From positions 22,754,001-22,818,000 of the forward strand of contig NC_043017.1 of NCBI RefSeq assembly GCF_006345805.1: DNA of 64,000 nt, in the 5' to 3' direction. The position numbers and the translations under genes were made by a program. Position 1 is the stretch's first letter. The number at the start of each line of letters is the position of its first letter. The notes beneath the pieces were generated by a model. It saw nothing but the letters and a program-made list of their open reading frames with translations. It had not been told where the DNA came from and ran no database searches. Source of the stretch: Octopus sinensis (Eukaryota). Of this stretch, positions 12,491-23,830 are shown piece after piece.

Positions 12491-13357
12491 CAAGTATGTA
12501 TGAGTGTACTTGTGTGAAAATTTGTCCATTCCTCATCTGATTAGTTGATGTTATTCTTAAATTCTGCCGTCTACCTACCCATCTTTGTAGCACGTTATCT
12601 ATTCGTTACTTAATTTCATCACTATTTCACGAGCTGTTCATACATTTTCTATCTATTCGTACATCTATCAAATTTCTCATCTAGCCGTTTATCTAGTTGT
12701 CTATCAGCCGTTTAATAAATAATCAAATTAATCTGTTATCCATATAAGAATATATCCATTTGTATATCTGTTATCTTCTCACACTTGGTGGCTGCCAATT
12801 CGTTTTATACCTACCTTCGCCATCTTACTATCACATACTTTAATTTAGCTTTTATTTTCTATTGCAATAGGTGTACTTTAGTATCCCTGGTTAGAGATTT
12901 CCTGCAACTAATCACCAAGTTACCGCATTTATGATGGTGAGAATGGAGTTAACATAAAAAAGTGTCAGTCATAAAAAAGTGAAAATTTCAATAACCAGGT
13001 ACCTGGTTGTAGTGTATCTTTGGTGATCCTTCAGAGGGAGTATATCAAAACTGAAACTACTTCTTTGGTAATTTCGATAAAAAATTTGTGTTTCTTTAAT
13101 TTTTTTCTTTCAGTTCAATCACCTACGTTTATGTACATTTTGTGAATGCATGTACGTCTATTTATGTATGGTAAGTATATATATGTGGTTATATGCATGT
13201 ATGTATATTTGTGCATGTTTATGTGAATTTGTGTGTGCGTGTATATATATATATACGAATTTACAAGCAAGTATGTATATTTGAGTAGGTATACAAACAT
13301 ATAGTTACATGCACAAATAGAAATACATGCACACACAAACACAAAAAAATAGATATA

Positions 13358-13577
13358 CCTTTCGTTACCAACCCGGCTGAAACTGGCTCTGGCTCTGAGT
13401 ACAAATGTCTTGTTTTCATAAGTTTTGAATTAAAATCTTCTACCAAATCTTAGTCACAATTTATGTTCCTAACATTAGCTTAATGATAACTAAGTTATTT
13501 TACTAAATTCTTTGTTATATTTAAAATTAATTGAAAGAAATACAAAGCATCTCAAAATAAATACAGTAACGAAAGGG
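13358..13577 (+). mobile_element. piggyBac-type MITE family F
   Basis: Ends CCTTTCGTTAC / GTAACGAAAGGG followed by TTAA; copies at 49080 and 60418. Confidence 0.8.
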
Positions 13578-13582
13578 TTAAC

Positions 13583-13840
13583 ATCCTCCTTTCCTGCTGG
13601 AATGGGCTGGATGATTTGACAGGAGCTGGCCGGGTAGGACCCGGCACCATGCTTCTGAGTCTGTTTTGGCATGGTTTTTTTTATGGCTGGATGCCCTTCC
13701 TAACACCAACCTCTCCACAGAGTGGGCTGAGTGCTTTTTACATGGCACCAGCACAGGCAAGGTCAATTTTGGTATGATGTTTACTGCTGGATACCCTTCC
13801 AAATGCCAACTACTTTACAGTGTGAACTGGATGCTTTTGT
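13583..13840 (-). mobile_element. Old family C-like retroposon with two tandem cores
   Basis: GCTGGATGCCCTTCC at about 13687 and GCTGGATACCCTTCC at about 13786. Confidence 0.65.
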
Positions 13841-14338
13841 AATTAACTATTTAAGAACACTTTCAAATTATTCCTTCAATTGTGTTGATCTGTTGTGAAA
13901 CTTTCATGACCAACCTCAATATTTCATATATGTTGAAATAACAATTACTATTAAATGTTAGCATGATGTTGTTATATCATTCACTGACAGTTTCACATGC
14001 ATACTAACTTAGCAACACCTGCATACATATATACATGTGTGTGTATGCTTTACCAATGTACATGTGTGACAACAGCAAAACACTCAGTGCCTTTTGAACA
14101 AAGTCCTTTGCGATATTTGTTCTGCCCCAAATATAGGCCTTCCCTTCAGGCTGTTGCAGTTTAGTGTCATACACGAAACGTGAAAGTTATTTGCAATAGA
14201 AACTGGAAATGCCAACAGTGAAATCACAAAACTGTATTATATTTATATAATTTGAAAATGATGCATAGAACATACACACTCAGACAGTTTTTTTACTGTC
14301 TCTGAATGTATTTCACTTCTTCAACTTGTACAGATACG

Positions 14339-14750
14339 GGATCTTTTTGGTTTGAATGGCAGTTTTTAACATAATTTCTAGGTAACTAAAAAATTTTAAA
14401 CTTCGTATACTGGTAGAATGTGTTTATAAAACATCTTTTTCTCTTGGCTTTATTGAGAAAATTCTATAGTTTGTAAGATATTTGGTCTTTAATTTCTTGC
14501 ATTTCGGCAATTTCAACCAATCAATGACCGTCTATTGAGGTGAAAACATTCTGTGCCATATGAATATGTCCCTCGTTTAAGAAACAGATTAAGTTTATTT
14601 ACATTTGTGAAGAAAAAAAGATACCCTTCCCTCTAACACTAACCCTAAAACAGATTGAAATGCAATAGATCGATACTAGGGTCATAATTATGGGTGACAA
14701 TTTCATATGACACCACTAGAAAAAAACTGCCGTTCAAACCGAAAAGATCC
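14339..14750 (+). mobile_element. MITE with GGATCTTTTCGGTTTGAACGGCAG TIRs and 8 bp TSD (superfamily uncertain)
   Basis: TIRs of about 28 bp; TSD CAGATACG / CAGATATG; second copy at 51825-52226. Confidence 0.9.
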
Positions 14751-15249
14751 CAGATATGATATAAATAAAGCAACTCGCACTCAGCACTGTTACCAGAGTT
14801 TCTTCTGGGCATGCATCCACTGCTCTTCCCAAGTCTGTGTATGGATGTTACCACTGGAAGAACAAAATTTAAAGAATTCACTTCATAACTATATAGGCCT
14901 ATGTGGTTTAAACTAACACGATATCTAATGATCAAACATATTCCTCTGGCTTATCTCTAGTGTTTGTTGTAAGGTATAACTATCTTGCAGCAGTGTACCT
15001 CAGCTACTATTTCAGAAATGCTGATGTTGTCAATAGAAGATACAAAGGCAATCCTTTGGAGATTGGTATATCAAAACTGAAATTATTTTTTTAAGCAATT
15101 TCTATAAAAAGATTTTATTTTCTAATTTTTTCCAGCTGAATCTTTTAGGTATATCTAGTTTGTCAATACAGGAGAAAATATACATGGTAGATTGATTTCA
15201 GCCAACTTGTCATCTCCAAGCTAAGAAAAAAGTCATTAAAACAACTATT

Positions 15250-15730
15250 ATAAATGGCAAGAGAGTGTGTGTAGCTGGTTTTGTGCAGAAGACAATGGCA
15301 CGAACAGCAGAGATCAACTGCTAAGTCAGGTCTGTGGCTTCTACATTTACATCGCTTGGATGGTGTATCTGGAAGAATCCCAACATCTCCCCAAGGACCA
15401 AGATCTGTCATTTCCATATGCTGGCTTTGTCTGTCCTCCTTTATAGTGCTGAGATCTAGTCCATCCTCAAACAGGACCCAAACAAGCATATGGTGTTTCA
15501 AATGCGATGTCTTCATCAGATCCTTGGTGTCTGTCTATGCGACTGAATCTGAGCAACATCCAAGGACAATGCCACTGAAGACCAAGTCAAGCAGCGCAGG
15601 CTACACTGATTTAGCCACGTCTGCAAGATAACCACCAGAAGACTACCACACAAACTTTTATACTGGAAAATCCAGCACAGCACACCAAAGAAGATATAGG
15701 GCAAAACAAATTGAGGATGACCTGAAGTCA
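15250..15730 (+). mobile_element. Decayed RTE LINE ORF2 C-terminal region
   Basis: One frame reads WKNPNISPRTKI..LSVLLYSAE..FQMRCLHQILG..KQRRLH*FSHV with stops. Confidence 0.85.
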
Positions 15731-15793
15731 TACCACCCCAACTTTAAGCATGTTAAGGCCAGCACCATGGATTATAAAGCATGGAACATTATC

Positions 15794-16019
15794 TCTTTCT
15801 TTATTACCCACAAGGGGCTAAACATAGAGGGGACAGACAAGGACAGACAAACGGATTAAGTCGATTACATCGACCCCAGTGCGTAACTGGTACTTGATTT
15901 ATCGACCCCGAAAGGATGAAAGGCAAAGTCGACTTCGGCGGAATTTGAATTCAGAACGTAACGGTAGATGAAATACATCTACGCATTTCGCCCGGCGTGC
16001 TAACGTTTCTGCCAGCTCG
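15794..16019 (-). mobile_element. SINE family B with TSD
   Basis: Family B sequence; TSD GGAACATTATC / GGAACAATATC. Confidence 0.9.
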
Positions 16020-16202
16020 GGAACAATATCATCATCAGTCTGTCGTCCAGTGGCACCCACAGCAGCATATTGGCCTTCCACTCCAGCCGCCAGTTAGGGA
16101 TGTTACTTAACATGCATTCTGAAAGTTGGGGTTAAAAACAAGCCTTTATATAATTCTTGTAGGGAAATATTCCAGAAGGATCTAGATTCATCCACACACA
16201 CA

Positions 16203-16359
16203 CGGAGCCGTCTTAGCAGTATTGAGGGCCCCACATTGGTCCCTATCGTAGTTATTTACTGACAGCAAGCCACATCGTAAACGGATCAAAATTAGGTCCC
16301 TAGACCCGTGGGGGCCCCTGGGCAACTGCCCAGTGTACACAGGCCTTAAGATTGTACTG
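16203..16359. mobile_element. Decayed GC-rich MITE-like remnant
   Basis: GAGCCGTCTTA...GGGCCCC at the left and GGGCCCCTGGGCAACTGCCCAG...CCTTAAGA at the right resemble common MITE ends; TIRs degenerate. Confidence 0.35.
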
Positions 16360-17326
16360 CACACACACGCACACGACAGGTGTTGCGCTTTGGACTCGAA
16401 CCTGGAACCACGTAGCTGCGGACACAACCAGTACAGAGTACGTCATTCTTATAGTCCTTTTAAATTTCTCTCTTTCCACCATTACCACCGCAAGAACCGT
16501 TATGAACCTCTACGCGGCAAAAAATAGCCGCCAAATCTTTCACACATCGCATCAACAAAGTCTTTTTCAATAACAAAAACAAAAAATAGGGACACACTGG
16601 ATAATGTAGCCCCTGAAATATTATGTCTGAAAAATAAATTTTTTAAATGGGATAATTCCTGCTGGAATGCTTTTAGTTATAGGTCTGTACGATCCGGGCC
16701 AGAAACAAGAATTATTGTCTTACTGAAAACAGTACGGTAACGATCTCCGCCGCTAGCATCAAAACGACTTGTTACAAACACTATCTTCATCTCCACCACT
16801 ACCACCTCATTATCATTACAAAGTAACAACAAGCAGCTCAAGACGGCAATGATATGAACGTGTTGGATCAAAATTAGCCACCTGTGACCCAGATAATTTA
16901 AACAATTCACCGCCGTCACAGACGAACAATTAACAAATGGTAAGACGATTAATACTTCTATGATATCTGTGAATGATGGATTTTTTAAGAGACTCTCCCA
17001 CCTGGGTGAAGACATGACTTACATCGAGTGGCAATTATTTTAGTTGCGGTCACGACGTGTGGGTTAAGGGGGTTAAGAAAGAGGTGAAAATAGAGAAAAC
17101 GAAAAGGGAGGGGAAAGAAATAGAAAAATAATAAACGGAAGACGAAATGGCGAGGGAAAGTAAGATAAAGAGGAGTGAGAAGAGAGAATTTGAAAAGAAA
17201 AAAAAAGAGGAGCAAGGGAGATAAAGAGAAAGAGAAGCTGAAGACAAACAGAAATAAGGGAAGAGAACGTGAGTGATTAGACGGAAAGAAAGAGCTAGAG
17301 TGGGGGATGTGTGTGAGTGTGTGTGT

Positions 17327-17829
17327 GTGGAGGCGCAATGGCCTAGTGGCAGAAACGTTAGCACGCCGGGCGAAATGCTTAGCGGTATTTCGTCTGCGTT
17401 ACGTTGTGAGTTCAAATTCCGCCGAGGTCGACTTTGCCTTTCATCCTTTCGGGGTCGATAAATTAAGTACCAGTTACGCACTGGGGTCGATGTAATCGAC
17501 TTAATACCTATGTCTGTCCTTGTTTGTCCCCTTTGTGTTTAGCCCCTTGTGGGTAATAAAGAAATAGGTTGTAGGATCGCGGTTCCGATTCTCAGACCAG
17601 GCGTTGTGAGTGTTTATTGAGCGAAAACACCTAAAGCTCTACGAGGGGGTGGTGGCGATCCCTGTTGTACTCTTTCGCCACGACTTTCTCTCATTCTTTC
17701 TTCTGTTGGCCTGCTCGCTTAGCCAGCGGGGTGGCGTCATTTGAAGGCTAAAACAATGCGAAGCGCATTGTGACCAGCGATGTGTAGCAACATCTGATAG
17801 CTTGGTCGGTCACGGTGATCACGGTGATA
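17327..17829 (+). mobile_element. tRNA-headed SINE family D (CACGGTGAT tail) interrupted by a SINE B body (17347-17568)
   Basis: D head GTGGAGGCGCAATGGCCTAGTGG continues into B; D resumes at GGTTGTAGGATCGCGG, matching the intact D copy at 49892. Confidence 0.85.
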
Positions 17830-18733
17830 GAGAGACAGAGAATACAAAAGAAATAAGAAAGAAGGAAATAGAAAAATAGAGAGAAAAACCTAGCGAAGAA
17901 AACAACAAGCAAGATAATCAGATCTCACTCATCCACAAACCGTAGTTGAATCAGTTCCAATCTCGATAATGTGCTGCCCCCATCCCAGCGCCAGATTCAA
18001 CATAGCATCTAGCTCGACTAAACTGATGTGATTGCAATCGTTCTTCCTGAGCCATGCTGCATCCCCTACTTCAATACCCCTATTTCTAGAATGACTATCG
18101 TTTACTACTTGCGTTATATATTACAAAAATTTCAATCTTGAACGATTTGTAATTTTTTTTTTTTTTTTCGTTTTTAATTTCTCAAAAAAATTCATGTGAT
18201 TTTCGGAATACGCGTACAAAACAACAGCTGTAATTTTTTATACATATATATAATTTTTTATTCGGGTTCCATGACTCAAAATTGAAATGATCGGATATTT
18301 TCTGCTTCCCTGCACTTTTAGAAATTTTAAAATGAAGTGAAAAATCTTCAAATTTGATGTATTGATGTAATTTTTCACGTTGAATCTTTGGGACTAATTC
18401 ACCTGTTCCTGAAAAATTAATTAAAAATGTTACTGTGTTTTAAAGTTTGATCATTTTTACCTTGTCAGAAAACAGGATTTGAAAGCTGTCATTTTGTGCA
18501 TGGCTGCAATCTTAAGACGACAAAATGATGTCGACATTGTGATGCGATAGCACGTGTTTTAAGCATTTAATACGCAGGAAAATCACGAGTAAACAACACA
18601 TATTTTGTAGTTTTAAGTATTCAAGAGGTGAGTATCGAAAATGCAACGTAAACTATCCAAAAACAGCAACAGATGGGTTCAAGCTGGAACACACTCGTGG
18701 TTTTTCGTAAACAAGAATTCCGACGCTTGGTTT

Positions 18734-18747
18734 GTTACTATGGAAAC
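18734..18747. promoter_or_regulatory. RFX X-box motif
   Basis: GTTACTATGGAAAC matches the GTHNYY-AT-RRNAAC consensus exactly and lies in the CpG-rich region. Confidence 0.5.
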
Positions 18748-20048
18748 AGGTACCTAAATGTCCGTGGCTTTCAATTGGCTAAAATTATCCAAAATTTGCA
18801 AATTTTAAAAGCTATTAACGGTTTATTCATTGACTTATGGCGAAAACGAATTTCATATCAATAATTAGCATACAAAACTACACCAATATGCCAAATTTGA
18901 AATCAATTGGAACAAAATTGGATAAATTGAAAATGACAACCAAACGGAAAACATCTTCGCCTGGGGCCAAATTGACGGCCGTAGAATTTAAAGTGAGAGC
19001 GCAAAGAATGTGAATGAATCCGAGTCACGAACGACCTTGCCAAAAAGCTTCCTATTAAAAAAAATACGTAACGTCACGTCATAGATCTGTTAGGTGACTG
19101 TGATAATTGTATTAAGTATTGATTGGTATCTTAAAATCGTTCTTTATTATTCATTTTAATGTTGTATCACTTATCAAATTTGAACTGTGTGTTATTAATG
19201 TTAACTAATGAATATTAAACTCTCAAGTAAGTCTCACGGTTACACGACAGCACAGAACTGTCTCTAAACTATACGACGCGGATCTCCTGGTTTTGAAATC
19301 TATGTATTTTACTTTAATAAATCTCTTGAAATTTTTTTCTGAGTGTTTCCATAACAGTGACTAATTATAGTAAAATTATTATAGCATCGAGTAGAAGACC
19401 TCGCCATATCTATCCTGGATCTCTGAGCTCAATTTTACTGACTACAAACAACTTTGCTTTTCATTCTTTCAAGATCAATAAACTTAGTACTTATTAGTAT
19501 TGAGGCCGATCCTCGTTTCTCTCCAAATTGGTGACGTGAAGACTCCAAGAAACGAGCGTTTCCTTGCGATCCACAATCCTTTTGCCATTCCTCTGTGGAC
19601 ACGACGAGAAAGAAAGAAATTGATCCGACCTCGGCGGAATTTGAACTCAAAACGTAAAGCTTTTTGTCCAGTATGCTAACGGTTCTGCCAGCTCACCGCC
19701 TTAGTCTTAATACGAATATTGGTTTCAAATTTTGGCACAAGGCCAACAAGTTCCGGGGGAGGGGTAAGTCGATTACACCGACCCTAGTACTCAACTGGTG
19801 CCCTGAAGGGATGAGAAAAATCGACCTAGGTGGAACTTGAACTCAAGACGGACGAAACGCCGTTACACATTTTGTCCGGCATGTTAATGGTTCTGCTAGC
19901 TCGCTGTCTTGGCCTTAATACCAATATTAAAATAACTTCAGGCGATGAAGTGTCAAAATCTTCAGGGCATCGCACATAATGCTTTGCGTTATTTCATTAA
20001 GGTCCTTTATATTCCAAGATCAAATCTCGCCTCAGTTGACTGCCTTTC

Positions 20049-20917
20049 TTATTTCTTTATGCCCACAAGGGGCTAAACAGAGGGGACAAACAAGGACAGA
20101 CAAAGGGATTAAGTTGATTATATCGACCCCAGTGCGCAACTGGTACTTAATTTATCGACCCCCCGAAAGGATGACAGGTAAAGTCGACCTCGGCGGAATT
20201 TGAACTCAGAACGTAATTACAGACGAAATACCTATTTCTTTACTACCCACAAGGGGCTAAACACAGAGGGGACGAACAAGGACAGACAGACGGATTAAGT
20301 CGATTATATCGACCCCAGTACGTAACTGGTATTTATTTAATCGACCCCGGAAGGATGAAAGGCAAAGTCGACCTCGGCGGAATTTGAACTCAGAACGTAA
20401 CGGCAGACGAAATACCTATTTCTTTATTACCCACAAGGGGCTAAACTTAGAGGGGACGAACAAGGACAGACAGACGGATTAAGTCGATTACATCGACCCC
20501 AGTGCGGAACTGGTACTTAATTTATCGACCCCGAAAGGATGAAAGGCAAAGTCGACCTCGGCGGAATTTGAACCCACAACGTAACGTTACGTTGTGGGTT
20601 CAAAATACCTATTTCTTTATTACCCACAAGGGGCTGAACATAGAGGGGACAAACATGGACAGGCATAGGTATTAAGTCGATTATATCGACCCCAGTGCTT
20701 AACTGGTACTTAATTTATCGACCCCGAAAGGATGAAAGGCAAAGTCGACCTCGGCGGAATTTGAACTCACAACGTAACGTTACGTTGTGGGTTCAAAATA
20801 CCGCTAAGCATTTCGCCTGACGTGCTAACGTTTCTGCCAGCTCGCCGCCTTCTCGTAGACGAAATACCTCTAGGCATTTCGCCCTGCGTGCTAACGTTTC
20901 TGCCAACTCGCCGCCTT
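20049..20917 (-). mobile_element. SINE B tandem multimer (duplicated head plus 4 body units) inserted in an older B copy
   Basis: Unit junctions near 20232, 20416 and 20609; TSD-like TGACTGCCTTTC (20037) / TGACTTTGCCTTTC (20918). Confidence 0.88.
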
Positions 20918-21667
20918 TGACTTTGCCTTTCGTCACACCGATAACGATAAAAGAAAGTACCAGTCATACACCGATTCGATTTAATCAATTATACATCCTC
21001 CATAAATATTCGGCCTTGTACCGCTCTTGGAAATCAATATTGTTATAGAGCAAAAGCACTGAAGAGATCATCATTATATTACATTCATTTACATATTGCC
21101 GGTTTATACGGTTATTTTATTCTTTTATTTCATTTTGATGCTTTCCTTTATATTGTAAAATTAATTAACAGTTTTCACGAATTAAATATCATTGCATTCA
21201 TTATTAACGAAAACAAGTTTTATTACTGATTTTAAATTTTAATTATTCTGTTGTTGTTGTTGTTGTTGCTGGTAGAATCAGGAAGTGAATCTAATATTCA
21301 TATTTTTACTTCTTTTTTTTTGCAATTTCAAAAGAGCAGAAGCTGAAATTTGGTCGAATGGGGGGTGGTCTTCGATTCTGCTTAGATTTTTACATATTTT
21401 ACGTTTCTTCGTCTTAATTACAAACGAAAAAGATGCATTTGTAATATTTAAATGTAGAAGTCTATAGACATTTCTATAAAGTGTTTTCGTGAAAATAGTT
21501 AATACATAAAACAGGCGAAGGCGTGGCTGTGTCCTAAGAAGTTTGCTTTCCAGTCGCTTGGTTCCGAGTTCAGTCCTACTGCATGGTGTCTTAGGCAAGT
21601 GTCTTTTACGGAAACTAGGTGTGTGCGTGTGTGTGTGTGTGTGAGTGTGTGTGTGTGTGTGTGTTTT

Positions 21668-23810
21668 CCCCACAGGATAAGTTTGATGATATTCGTTATA
21701 CTCCGGTTCTTTCTTCTCTAGCAAAGTTACAAGAATTTCTCAATTTGATTAACTTCTATAAAAGATTTATTCCATATTGTACTGAGACAATTTTTCCCCT
21801 CACGGAATTTTTACGTAATAGAAAGAAAAAAAATGAACCTAGATCATTAAATTCTTCTCGACTACAAGCTTTTGAGGATATTAAGGACAAGTTATCAAGA
21901 GTTTCACTTTTGGCTCACCCCGTTCCAGATGCACCCTTATCGTCAGGTGTGGGAATTGGCGAAGTTTCTTAATGCATGGTAACCAATTTCCTTATGTTTT
22001 AAACGCCTCAACCTTGCAGAATTAAGGTACAGTACCTTCAGTAGAGAACCTTTGGTTGTTTATTTAGCCATTAAACATTTCCGGCATTTTCTTGAGGGAC
22101 CACATTTTACGATTTTTACCATTGATTTTTGCTGTATGGTCGAAAAATATTCTCCCCGAGATTCACGACATTTAGATTTCATTTCATTATATACTTTCTT
22201 TACTCTTTTACTTGTTTCAGTCATTAGACTGCGGCCATGCTGGAGCACCGCCTTTAGTCGAGCACATCGACCCCAGAACTTATTCTTTGTAAGCCTAGTA
22301 CTTATTCTATCGGTCTCTTTTTGCCGAACCGCTAAGTTACGGGGATGTAAACACACCAGCATTGATTATCAAGCGATGTTGGGGGGGGGGACAAACACAG
22401 ACACAAACACACATACATATACATATATACGACAGGCTTCTTTCAGTTTCCGTCTACCAAATCCACTCACAAGGCTTTGGTCGGCCCGAGGCTATAATAG
22501 AAGACACTTGCCCAAGGTGCCACGCAGTGGGACTGAACCCGGAACCACGTTGTTGGTAAGCAAGCTACTTACCACACAGCCACTCCTGCGCCATACTGTT
22601 GACATTCATGCAGTATATCAAGGGCACAGATAATTTTGCAGTTGATGCCTTATCTCGTGTACATATTACAGATTCCATTGACTTGCAGCAAATTGCGTCG
22701 AAGTAACAACACGATGATGAATTTTTGCATCTTCGATCGTTGGACTCACCTTCTACTACCACTACAGTTTACAGATTCTTCTATTTGGTGTAATCTCTCT
22801 GCTGGTTTTTCCTACGAGTCATATACGAAAAATTTTTTCGGTTCTTCATAATTCATCTCATCCTGGTATTTCGGCAACAGCGAAATTAAATTTCAAGTCG
22901 TTTTGTGCGGCCCTATATGCAAAAACACATTCGTAATTGGGCGCGCACTTGCATATCGTGCCAGAAAGCTAAAGTTCAACGTCACATTAAGGCACCTTCA
23001 GGCACTTTTGTTACTCCAGACGCGCGTTTTAAACATATCCACATGGATATCGTGAATCCCTTGCCACCAATTCAAGATAATCTATATTTGTTGACCTGTA
23101 TAGATCGTTTTTCTAGATGGTCTGAAGCCATACCCTTCAAGAGTATTCCATTTCTGACGATTGCAAAGGTTCTTATGACTGGGTGCATTTCACGTTTTAG
23201 AACACCCTTCATCATAACTATTGATACAGGTCGACAATTTGAATCAAATCTCTTTACTGAACTTTCGAACTTGCTGGGACTCAGCGAATCCGTACCACTG
23301 CGTACCAACCCATGTTTAATGGGATGACAGAGCGTTTTCATCGTCAATTGAAAAATGCTCTACGCGCTTATCACGAGTCAGATGTTTGGTTAGAAGCATT
23401 ACCAATTGTTTGGTTGGTGTCTTCGATCAATTGTCAAGGAGGACCTAGGTTTTTCACCGGCGGATCTACTTTATGGCGCCCCTTTCGCATAACCTGGTCA
23501 GTGGTCACAAACACAACTGCAACTAACCGGAATTTCGATCCAGCAGATTATGTTCATCGATTGCAAAAGTACATGATGGAATTACCTCCTTTGGTAACTA
23601 GATCACAATCAATCAAGTCTTTTGTTCCATCGGACATTCATCAATGGACTCATGTTTTCATACGCAATGACGTAGTCAAGCAACCACTACAAGTCTTATA
23701 CTGGCCCGTGTCGTGTGTTAAAAGTAAAACCCAAGTTCATGGTTTTAGACATTCATGGGAAACATCAGACAGTTAGTATAGATCGCGTGTAGTAGGCTTT
23801 TATTGATTCA
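21668..23810 (+). mobile_element. Decayed Ty3/Gypsy pol (RT end, RNase H, integrase); no LTR found
   Basis: NFYKRFIP, YLAIKHFRHFLEG, IRNWARTCISCQKAK (zinc finger), HIHMDIV..LTCIDRFSRW, NGMTERFHRQLK, with frameshifts. Confidence 0.92.
22197..22592 (-). mobile_element. SINE family A inserted in the Gypsy RNase H region
   Basis: Full-length A copy splitting ..ISLY/TVDIH..; short ATACT duplication. Confidence 0.9.
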
Positions 23811-23830
23811 CCTTCCGAGCATACCTATGA

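Larger units (their letters stand above)
9542..12936 (+). pseudogene. Possible disabled three-exon chain (9542-9611, 9925-10007, 12871-12936)
   Basis: AG/GT-bounded segments with compatible phases give GTIRPDTV(fs)LAGVFQAMNSFAETM / IEKLLDRSS*IFILTKSTNRQNHRAFQR / CTLVSLVRDFLQLITKLPHL*; needs one frameshift and one stop; no family recognised. Confidence 0.2.
17023..19226. promoter_or_regulatory. CpG-rich candidate divergent promoter region
   Basis: CpG retained in non-repeat DNA; GTAAGT donor on the minus strand at 17022; plus-strand donors at 18628 (GTGAGT) and 19227 (GTAAGT); CRE-like TACGTAACGTCACGTCA at 19065; reverse CCAAT near 19122. Confidence 0.35.

Noticed and set aside
10511-12593. 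YI/HT/CV-rich ORFs, also at 38.4-39.0, 48.1-48.7, 56.7-57.2 and 61.4-61.8 kb
   Set aside because: Translations of TA/CA microsatellites.
14636-14650. Telomere-like TAACCCT motifs, also near 33940 and 52117
   Set aside because: Only one or two units, inside MITEs or decayed repeats; not an interstitial telomere.
16300-16488. GPCR TM6-like peptide EREKFKRTIRMTYSVLVVSAATWF
   Set aside because: Has an in-frame stop just upstream and overlaps a SINE-like head (GGTTCGAGTCC).
16677-17015. 112 aa minus-strand ORF
   Set aside because: Starts just downstream of a consensus donor, so probably intronic; no recognisable motif.
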